Part shown: piece by piece, positions 47,601 through 59,600 of the stretch
Numbering within the stretch: position 1 is the first letter of the stretch
Layout of the letters: each line of letters opens with the position of its first letter
Assembly (NCBI RefSeq): GCF_001194135.2
Contig: NC_068982.1
Coordinates: 115,149,548 to 115,213,547 of the forward strand
DNA length: 64,000 bases
Origin: Octopus bimaculoides
Taxonomy: Eukaryota
Reading direction: 5' to 3'
Position numbers and translations under genes: made by a program
Notes under the pieces: model-generated
Seen by the model: only the letters and a program-made list of their open reading frames with translations
Database searches by the model: none
What the model was told of the DNA's origin: nothing

Positions 47601-50600
47601 TGTTTTTAAAAAAACTGGAAATGAAGGAAACTGCTTGGATGATGGTGACACTAATTTACAACTATCATGTGATATCAAGACAAAGAAATGCAGATGCACG
47701 CACATGAATTCATTTCTATTTACCAAACCCACTCACAAAGAGCAGTGGGATTAAACCCAAAACTACATAACTGGGAAATGAACTTCTCAGCCACACAACC
47801 ATCAATAAAAATCATGAATACATCATGATTAGAACCCTAGCAACTAAATTATACATATATTTAATATATTAGAGCAGGTGGGTATGGCTATCAATCCATG
47901 AGCTAAGAAATGACTAGTCATTAGCTCATAGTAAATTTTGTTATCTTGGTACATAATGCTAGAGATGGATCTAGTGAAAACAGAGTTTAGTATGTGAACA
48001 TAATAAAAGTTAGCAACAAAATCTCTCTCTCTCTTTCTAGGAAAGGTTGTCTGTAAAAGAAACGGGTGGTGCTGTATGATTGTGAAACATAGGTAATAAA
48101 TAAAGAGGATATACAATGACTGGCGACAAAAGAGTAAGGTACACAAAGTATGAAATGCTAATTTAAAAAGATAAGGCACATAAAAACCAACACTGAAACA
48201 AAAATGACAATGCAAATGAATCATAACAGGTTTCATTCAACAAAATGAAGTTTGCTACAATAGCAATGCACAAATAACCTACATGTAAGACTATAATGTA
48301 ACTGAAGTGGCATTTTTTTCTTTTCAATGCTGCCAACATGCGAGATCAATGAAAGATACCAACTTCTACTCATCTACATTTACAGTGTGCCAGTACAAAT
48401 AAGTGAACCAAAGGTGAAGCTTTTATGCAACTCCACTATCTGTTAAAAATATCACATCTTGCTACCACAGAGAAGGAAGGACATTTTGAACAATGTAGCC
48501 CACTGCTTGAAAAATAATGAAAGAAAATGGGCACAACTGGAACACCATCGATCAAATGTCTCCTGAATCGGAGTTGACTTGAGGCTAAACAACAATAAAT
48601 TTTATGAGCCAATGAGGAAACCTCTATGTAGCTGTTAAACCTGTTAAAAATAGACAAAACTCCTTCAAAGCACACAGTGCTACCTTAAAAAAGGAAGGAC
48701 ACACTAGACAATATAGTCTTGAGTATACAAAATGAGATGGTCATAGTTGGATTGCCTCAGATCATAAGTCAGTTCAATCAGATTGGTCTGAAGACTAAAT
48801 AATACCAAGACTTCTTCAATTCAATAAATGCATGAGTGGCTTGTTCTCCAAGCAGATTTCTAGTAGCTACTTCAGTTCAAATATGGCAACAATATACAAC
48901 TGCAATGAAACTACAAATGTAGGTTTCCTAAAAAAGAAAAATGTCACTACCAGTGACGTTAACAAACAATATATATTTTTGAACAACTGCCCAATCAATA
49001 TATTTTCTAGTAACAAAATAACTGCACAAGAAAGGAAACAAACAAAATTTCATTTTAACTTTACTAAGCTCTAATAGTTTCTTGATTCTGCTCGATATTA
49101 TCATTGTAGCTGATAAGCTTAGCCAGGAAAACTAAAAACTGAATAGTAAAAGAATTTCTAATTCCTATCTGTTCTGATACTATCAATATATAAGATATTC
49201 CCGAATGACCTGACACTTCAACAGTTTTAATCCCATTGCTTACTAACACACCTGAGGTTAAACACAAAGGGGAAAACTGGAGAATAAAGTTGACAACAGA
49301 TATACTCACAGTCGACAAACTTCCATCCATTGCAACGATTTTAGATGTAAGCACTTCTTCTACCTGATTTGGCAAAATGCAGTTAACTGTTTTTACTGAA
49401 AAATACAAATTTATTTTTAAGTTAAAATATTTGGAACAAAATGGAAACTATATATTAAAAACATAATCGCTGTAATTTTTAAGGATAATTTTAAAGATGT
49501 CTTTTAAAAACTAGAATAAACCAAAAGAATTTTCATATATAATATGCACAATAACTACTGGGAATTGAAAATTTTGAGTAACATAAGATTCAGCTGTTAG
49601 CTAAGTAAATAAGTGCATCTTTCCAAAGGAAAAAACTATTAATATTTATTACCAGAAGCTTAAGACTGATAATCAGAATAATTAGAAAAGCTTAGAAAAT
49701 TTACCATTAGAACAATTTTGCACAGTTGATTTTTCTTCTACCTGTGAAATTTGAGATATGGAATTTGGAGTTTCAGGTTTAGGGTTGTCTGTTACCAGCT
49801 TATTGTTCAATGCTTTCCTGCTAAAAAGATATGAAAATATAGAACTAGTAGCCTTAGTAGTGAAAAAATAGCTCAATGTACATTAGAAAAGAGTGTCTGG
49901 AACATTTATGTTAATGCTAATGAAGGATTAAGACTAACTTGCTATGGTTACACATTGCCATGTCTCTTATATAAATTTTTAGAGTAAACTTTTATAATTA
50001 TCTACCTTTCAGAGACTAAACAACCTTATTATATAACTGTCCTTTAATTTAATAATCTTTTAGGACTGTTGGGGAGTACACTGACTAATCTTTAAAAATA
50101 AATCATGGATTCTATGTTTGCAATATTAAAACATGTTACTGAAACAACCAAACTAATTAGGTACCAAAAACTACACTTCTCTTTAGGAATCTGAAATTCA
50201 GAATTTTATCACCTCAGATAAATTTTAAATTTAATATTTAAATAAGGGAATAAAGAAATACCAGAAAACTCAGCTCTGCAATCTTTGATATTATGAGAAT
50301 ATCTTATATACAATACACTAACTAACACATGGAAATCCAACTGAAAATCAACTCTAAAAGATGTGAGACGACATTCTCACCTTCTTGCAACATTAATATG
50401 AGTCTGAGGCCATTTCCTATTGAAAGAGAATGTGGTTTGCTGCAAATTGGCTTCACATGTTTGTTCTCTGCAAGAAATTGAATAATTTTCAAAAATGAAA
50501 ATATTCTCTACATAAACAAAACAATCCAAAATCTGAAACACCTGGAAAATCCAACTCAAGAAAATGTTCTATAAAATCAGAAATTTTTATAAAAACAAGG

Positions 50601-53600
50601 AAATCCAAACAAATAAAAAAGAAAAGAAAACGTCCTATTTTTCAGGTTCATGTTCTAAGCATTTTGATCTCAGAACAAATATATGCATGGCTGTGTGGTG
50701 GAAAAATTTGCTTCCCAACCACATGGTTTGGGGTTCAGTTTCACTACACAGAAATTTAAGTGTCTTCTACTAGAGTTCCAGGTTGACCAAAGCCTTGTGA
50801 TGGGATTTGGAAGATGGAAACCAAAAGGAGATTGTCATGTGTATGTATTTTACATTTGTGCTCACTTCTACAAAAGTTGCAACATACAAGCAGTGTTGTC
50901 AATTCTGTCAAATTGTCCACTAACTTCACACTTTCAATGCCATGCAGAGTAAGAGAAAAACAGGCAAGGGTTAGCAACAGGAAAGACATCCAGCGGTAAA
51001 ACAATATCTCAATAATATATTCATCTAACCCTTGCAAACATGGACATAAAACAAATGAACATTCATCATTCTTTGTTGTAGTCAAACCAACAGTATGTGT
51101 AACCATTGTACAAAACCAATTTGACATATTGTTTAGTACTGTGAGTGATTAAATATCAAAATATCATCAGTTGCCAATGGTGATATCTGCCATAGGATTG
51201 CAACATTTCCTCAATAAAATTAAAATTAACAACGGTAGTTGTTTCAGGAAGCTCATTCTGTGGTAAAATATCAGGTTCAATAATTCATGCAACCTATTTA
51301 AATCTGCAGAACCTTTCAATGCAGGCTTGCTGGAGGAGAAAGAAATGCAGAAATCTGAATGAAAATGAAAATATGACAGCCAATGGCTTCTACCAGTAGT
51401 TCAAAGAGATATCATGTTGGCAGAAAAAAATTTCAACAAGCAGCTAGCATTCTCAAAAGGATTCAGAATTGAAGCAAACACTACAAAACCAGTAAATATG
51501 CTGACATATTTTTGGAGCAAACTCTTTTTATATTGATTTGCAAATTAAGATACATATGTGGATTAAGAAATTTAAGATACATAAATCAAACAAATTTAGT
51601 TTCATCTTTTAGTTCAATGATAGCTGCCATATATTGCAATGTTTAACTAGAATAGTGTTGTATCTATTTCAAAGTTAGTACTCAGTAACATTGTAATTTA
51701 AGTGCAAAACAGTTATTTTGACTACTTTCAATAAACAGTATAAAAGAAAACACATTGGTTTCTACTTGTAACTTATTTGTATGGTACTCTTGTAGTAACC
51801 CACACTGAAAAAAATGCAGCTTCTGGAATTCCTCCTAGTTCACATTTTGCATATAAACCAACAAAAGTTCACACTAATGTCATCAATCTGGTAGAGTGTA
51901 GTAAAATCATGGATATCATTCTCCTTGCGTAATGAAAAAAGCAAGGGAAAAAAAGCAGACACTCTGGATATATTTCTTATTGGCTATTCAAGAGTAAACA
52001 TAAAAATATTCTTGAGGTGGAATGTGAGAAAGTTGGGTGTATTTTGTTTCCTCAATAACTTTTATAAGATAATCTGTTGAGTGGATTAACTGTTAGAAGT
52101 GCTATAAGAGGCTTAACAATACTATTAAGGTTTCTTCATAGGAAACAACTAGAAAATTTTGGAATCTTATGAGAGGAAACAAAAGTTATTACAGTTATGT
52201 CCTTCCAAATAAATAACAGAGATAAAGGAAAATGGCTTTAGCTGTAAATCAAAAGAATCAACAGTCTAATAACTATTTCTAATTTTGACACAAGGCCTGT
52301 AATTTTTGAGGTGGCAATTAGTCAATGCCATTAAACTTAGTACTTGACTGGTACTTTAACCTCAAAAGATGAAAGGTAAAGTTGACCTTACTGGGATTTG
52401 AACTCAGAATGTAAAGAGTTGGAAAAAATACTTTAAGATATTTTAACCAACACTAACAATTCTGCCAATCCACTACCCTAAACAATCTATTAATAAAAAC
52501 CTATAACAGGATTAATATATTCAGAGATTAGCAGGAGCACTAGTTTTCCAGGAATAGTTCTTCATATGGCTCCCAATGACATTTAGGACCACAACCATGC
52601 ATCTGTCAGTTAATTTTAATTTTTGTTTTTCCAATTTGAAATTCACTGTTCATAGTTAACAAAAATTGGGTGGTTGCCATAAACTGGATGCCTATGTATT
52701 GTTTATGAACTAGGTAGAATGTGGCAAGCCAATGTTTTTAAATAGAATGCATCTTTTAGAAATGTCACAGGACAATTAACATATACATCCATAATATATA
52801 TTATATAAACAACACTCATACTAACAATATTGTAATATTTGAGATATACAATCATTATATACTCTATAAACAACATTCATACCACCAATATTATACACTT
52901 TCATTTTTGAAGTATGTATCAGGTAGAAAACACTGAAGGCACTACCTAGAAATCAAATGCTTCCTACATTCTCCTGTTGGTATAGAAAGACAAATGAAGA
53001 AAGAAGCTGTAAAAGCAACAGTGATAGTAATTTGCAGTTTTTTTTATGATACAGCAATAAGCAGTTAATCCATGGAAATTAATGTTCTACAGCAACAAAC
53101 AACTTTTCAATGGTTGCACTACAATGAGGAGGTAATACATCATGAAACTAAATTTTTATAACTTAGCACATAGTAAACAATAACACCAAAGTGTATGCTA
53201 TGTTTGTCTACAGGCTTTAACATTCAAAAATACTATTTTTATACTTTTGACTTCTTTCAAAAATTTTTTGAGTGCAAAAGATCCTAAAAAGCAGCTGAAG
53301 AGGGGAGAACATCAACTCCTAATATGAAATATCATTACATCATAAACTTGAAGAATATCGCTTACCTTGTTGGTGTCTTACACTGAGGAGATTTCTCTGG
53401 TTGTAAAGATTTTGGAGTTGTACTAAACTGTTCAACAGAGTTATTTCTTAATACACTACTACGAGATGTTTGAGTACTGCCACCTCCACCACCAGTCATG
53501 TGCTGAACTTCGCTAACTCCAATATTTGTTAATGCCATCAAGTTCTCTGCTTGGCCAACAGAGTCTATATAAGACAGTGAAAAAGTATTCAAGCCTTATT

Positions 53601-56600
53601 GAAAAATGGTTAATTATAACAGAAACAAAAGAAAAAACATGATTTTAATTAAGGAAACCTAATCAGATCTAGACAAACAATATAATCAGATGACACATGG
53701 TTTTCAATAAATTTGTGAAGTCTAACAATTTAATAAGAACTCAGAACAATTTATTCAACAATCAGGCAATGACCTATGGCCAACAATTTAAACTTCAGAT
53801 ATGTGAATACATTCTAGATTGTGGCTGGAATTTTTTTACAATTTATCAGTGAGGTGGATCAAAAAAAAAATGTCAAGCAAAATAACTGAATCAGAAGTTC
53901 AGCTTTGTCATTGCAAAACACAAAAGTGAACCAAGGAGAGTTTTTTTTTTCTATATTTCAATAAAACTAAAAGCTTCCCTCTAAATCTAAGATGAGAGAA
54001 TGCTGTCAACATATACCAGTATAGTGAAATATTTTCATCCTAAATCATTTTATAAATTATATCGGTTAGTTAGATTTGTTGTTAACCTTAACTGTTTAAA
54101 CCCTGACATCATGTGAACAGCTGAATTACTACTCAAATTCTGGTATAATATCATAACTAACATTTGAACGAGTATCATTTTCACCTTGTAAGCTTACTTT
54201 GTCATATTCTTCTAACTGAAAATCCCCAATATTTTAATAATTAGAAACATTCACATCACAACTATCCATCACCACAGTCCGCATTTATTCAACTAGCAAC
54301 TATTGTTTCCAAATCAGCGCAACAGTAATAACTAGAAAATATCTTGAAACTCAATAGAGAATTCTACACAGAGGGCTATGTTCCTTTTAGCTAATTGAAC
54401 AACAGTTGCAATTGCAGGCAAGTATCATTTGCAAAGTTATAAATGGTATAAATACCAGAGAAAATTCATCTGCCAAACACTCACAACACTCTAACAACAG
54501 TAATTAATCCATATAATGTAGAAACATATTATTGCTTAGAAACAAAATGTAGTAGACATCTGCTCATGTATATGTATTTTCAAATAGTTACTATCATACC
54601 AATCATCAGGGTTCAAAAGTGTTAAATTTAGAATTTCAATCACCATGATACCTAAAGTTAAGTAGTTAAAGACATTACAAATATATACTCATTTACACAA
54701 CTGCAGAAATTAACCTACCTGGATCCTTTATCTGATTGCCTTTCACAAACGCTGGAAACTTCATGTCCTCGTGCTTCAAGAAATACGTATCCTGATCCAA
54801 AGGTCCACCACCATCAACTCGACAAGTGGGAGTAGCTAAATCACTTGCTAACCTCCCAAATGTCTTTGACATATTTGCTTGCCATAAAGACACACATTTG
54901 TTCTTGAATAGAGTCTGTCTGTTACTAGGTGAATTTGCTGAGAAGCCTACTTGTGAATGAATTGAATGAATTGAATGGTAAGGACTATTTAATCGAGGGC
55001 TCTTAGCAGGAGATGGAGCAGGACATAAATCTGTCTCTTTCACTGTCTGACAATCAGATGATGCTGTTTCAACATCTTCACAGTATGCCACATTTTTCAC
55101 TATTTCGACTTGCTGCTGTTGCTGCTGTTGATGTTGAAGGCTGTTGGTCTCTAGTGCATCTAGAACCACAATTTCCCTGAATTTGGAAGGACAATTTTTA
55201 AAATGTTAATTTAAAATCAGCATATAATATATTTTGCTTCCAAGATTAAATTCTGTTTAACAGATACAATAAATGGGATGTCATCATTTCAGTTCATTTT
55301 GACATATTACCACACATATAAATGTAACTGTATTTCCTTTCTGAAATAATTTTCACAAAAAAGCTTATTTAATTACTTTCATATAAAACTCTAATCAAAA
55401 AGTGTATAAACTAGATAAGAAAATTATAAAGATGTAACTCCACAACTACAGATATTAATACTCACAACAAACTGATAGTAAAATGGTGTATCACAGTTCA
55501 AAGTATACTACTGCAGTACCACATCAACTGAATGCACACTACAGCATGGAAAGTTATTTAAATTTGGTTGCTCTTTCTTTTCTGTTTTTTGCACATGTAG
55601 CAAGTCAGTTATAAAAAAAAAAACTTATATTGTTACTAGTATCAATAATATGAACTGCACCCAAAGATTTAGCCTAGTCTAAGTAGAGAAATGAAAAATG
55701 TGAGCTGTGTAACTCAAAAGCAGTTCTGCAAAACTGTTGATAAAAATACTGTTGTAAGTAAAAGGTAAAAGCACAAATGAAAAGTGTGAGTCATGAATGA
55801 GGCCAAAGCAAGAGCATATTGTTAAGATAAAGACCATAGGTAAAAGCCACTGAGATGTGCTGCTAAAGAGGGGTTATGCCAAAGTGAGGGGTTCTAAAAA
55901 TAACAAGATTTACTCTTTCTTTTCTAAAAGCTTATGCTTGAAACAGTCCATCATTTTGATTAGATCATTTTTTATATAACTTTGACTTCTGCCAATAGTA
56001 GTAATAAAGAATATTCAGTCCAGAATATGGATGGTTTAAATCTGTCATGAGACCGCTATCAGTAAACAATTTTCATTCAATAGAAAGCTAGATTTAATGA
56101 CACTGCTTCTTCAAAAAGAATGCAACAGTGTAACAGTTGTTGGCACTCCGTTACTTACGACATTGAGGGTTCCAGTCGATCCGATCAATGGAACAGCCTG
56201 CTCGTGAAATTAATGTGTAAGTGGCTGAGCAATCCACAGACGTGTACCTTTAACGTAGTTCTCGGAGATATTCAGCGTGACACAGTGTGACAAGGCTGAC
56301 CCTTTGAATTAAAGGCATAACAGAAACAGGAAGTAAGAGTGAGAGAAAGTTGTGGTGAAAGAGTACAGCAGGGTTCGCCACCATCCCCTGCCGAAGCCTC
56401 ATGGAACTTTTAGGTGTTTTCGCTCAATAAACACTCACAACGCCCGGTCTGGGAATCGAAACCGCGATCCTATGACCGCAAGTCCGCTGCCCTAACCACT
56501 GGGCCATTGCGCCTCCACAGTGTAACAGTAAATGTTTTCGAAAGGAATACAGGTGATTCTAAAGCCAATGGTTCTCAAATGAATAAGCTGCAAATTAAAT

Positions 56601-59600
56601 ATGTGGGTGTGAATGCCATAAATAGTGGACACAGGTGATGCCGTCAATACTAAATCTGTTTGGGAGGAAGAATAAAGAAAACAGGAGTGGATCAAGCAGA
56701 TGATAAGTAGCATTACATAGGTGGTAGGGGGCAGCAGTTTAGTGTAGGGAGATGATGGATATAGTGACAATCAAAAGGACAATGATGGCAGATATGTTTA
56801 AGGCAGTGTGAGCTGGCTGAAACGTTAGCACGTCAGGCAAAATGTTTAGCAGTATTTCGTCTGTCACTACATTCTGAGTTCAAATTCCGCCGCTGCACTA
56901 TAAGTACACTTGTGCTTTGATTAGAATCAATAATAACAAGGAAGCCTAGCGTTTGGAGAGCAGTTGAAGCTATTATAGATGAGGATGTGATACAAAGCAT
57001 TCATAACAGGTTTGAAGGCTTTGTCAGGTTTAGTTAGAGTAAGGTGGAAGTGTGTTGTATTTGTGATATTATGTTCCTATTTTTCATTCATAGATGTGAG
57101 GTGCATTGATTACATGGAGAGGACATGTACATGTGAAAAATTATAACATAATTCATACTATGACACTGGTCTGAAACTATATCAATATAAATCATGCATT
57201 ACATCAAGGGATAGGATTACAATGGTAGCAGTGAATAGAAAAAAACAAAACTGTTTATTGAGATGAAATAAGTCAACTGTTAACATGAAAATTTTGATTT
57301 GATGGATCTGCAAATTTTGGTATTTGCATGAATTGTTAGCAAATTTAAGTAAACAGAATAATAATGTACTTTATTGGTAGAAGTACCATAGTATCTATGA
57401 CAAGATCTTGTGCTCATTAGCTTTAGTTTAATAATCCAGCATCTACAACAGAAGCAAATTGTTCTTGTCCAACATTGAAGGAGAATTTAAAACAATGCTT
57501 TAGACAGACAAATTTGTCAGTTTATTTCAATGAGCCAGATCATTGTAGCATTAAAGCAAACAGTAAACAGAACTGAGAGGTACACCTAATGTGGAGATAT
57601 AAGAAATGGAAATTAGTGTATGGCAAGGAAGAGAGAAATTTAGGAAGAAAGATGATCCGCAAGGTCCATGAAAGAGTGTATGTAACAATTGATGTAAAAT
57701 ATATAGAGCAAGAAATGTAAGGATAGCAAGTTAGGGTCTTATTTCTACCAATTATCCTTTTCTATCTGGGCCTAAAATAGAAGGAAAAAGTTAAGTGTGA
57801 TAGGCAACTGAGGACATAAATATAAGAAGGGATTAGCTAGTACAACTCATTTTTTATGACAGGAATTTGGTTATTGTGTCAACTGGACTTATCTGAGCAG
57901 GAAAAAACAGAAAGACCTGAATATTGAAGATTTCAAGAAGTCTCTGGGTAATATTATATACTTTTAAACCAAAGAAATGAAATAATCAAAAGCCTTAAAG
58001 TATGTGCGAGAAGGAAGGAAAAAGCAGATGATACAGGGAAAAGATGGGGGATAAAAACTGTCAAAGCAGTTAGATTATTTCCTGTTGAAGAGAACAAACA
58101 CAGATACATGTGCAAATAGTAATAGTTATGAGTTAGATGTGATTGGAGAGCACAAAAATAACTGAGACTAGTTGACTAGTGAAATTTGTATTACTGTAGT
58201 GCAGTGGTTCCCAAAGTGGGTGGTATTGCGCTCATGGGGGCAGTGGAAAGTTCCAAGGGGGTGTTGAAGAAAAGTGGGGAGATAATGGAGTAGTGATACA
58301 TGTAAAAAGTAGGGTGATAATGGGGTAGTGATTCATGTAAAAACACCAAAATAATGGGTTCCTTAGGTTATGTTTTATTCGTAAAAATACCGTTGCTTTG
58401 AATTTGCTTCAGAAAGAGGTCTGTGTTTGTGGTGGTTAGTTGGGGTGTGGGTGCTAGGAATGTGACTGGGGGTGGGGGAGCTGGGAAAAGTTTGGGAACC
58501 ACTGCTGTAGTGTCCTCTGCATTTTTATGAATGGCACAGGATTATTTATTGTAATCGATTGGGATTTTCATTGAGGCCAAGAGAGCAAGTGACTTTTTGT
58601 TTGTTCAATGTTAAAATTTTACATGGTTGACACTAATAAGGTAATCAGAAACTACATGAATATTTCAAATACATGCAACTGATAAATATAAATATGTGTC
58701 AAGGAAATATTTTACTTCAGAAAATTATTGTAAAGTTTCAATAAAAAAAAAAAAATTCAAGTTTTAAGGATTTTTTTTTTAGGTGGACCAGTGATACATA
58801 TATATACATAACCACATTTTACTTATGCATTTTTTTATGCCTGCATGGATTTTATAAACTTTGGACATTTGCCTATTGGTGGAGTAAGACTTTCCACAGT
58901 AGGAATAAGAAGAGATATTTGCTGTCAGAGACAACACAATGTTTATTATTAATCCATTTTACTATAGGTATAATGCCTGAAATTTTAGGGAAAGGGATCA
59001 GTTACATCAACCTCAGTGTTTCACTGGTACTTAACTTATCAACCCTAAAAAGATGAAACGCAAAGTCAACCTCAGCGGGATTTGAACTCAGAACGTAAAG
59101 ACAGACAAAATGCAGTTAAGTATTTTGATCGGCATGCTAACAATTTATCAGCTCACTTGAATCAGCATCAGACTGAAATAATAATGTGTATATCCTATAT
59201 TATATACAATATTTAAATTACATAATCAGTATTTCAGCTTGTATATATTACATTTCTAAGAAATACTATTTCCACTTGATAGAAATATCATATAGTTTGC
59301 TATCTCAACAGTTTTTCTAGTTGTTGCAATATATGCCATCATTATTATTTACATTGGCATAGCATGGAAAGGTCTAATGAATTTGAACATATGAATGCAA
59401 GATTACAACATGGATACCTCGCTAGATGATCCATGGCAATGAATATAGGGGATAAACAGCAATTGGACATTAAGTACTGCACACTAAAGAAAAGTTGAAG
59501 CAAGAAACAGTCTAAAATTTAAAATATAACATTGGTCAGTGGACACAAGAAGTATCACAACTTAGATATTAATACAAGTACAAATGGATAATATATGATA

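Noticed and set aside
51150-51360. Protein-like stretch ([17 protein letters not shown]…) on -
   Set aside because: No convincing in-phase donor/acceptor pair; exons 53366 and 50467 join directly.
56440-56518. tRNA-like sequences (also 33160-33235 and 60450-60528)
   Set aside because: These are SINE heads: they continue into a SINE body and two have TSDs, with no complete acceptor stem evident.
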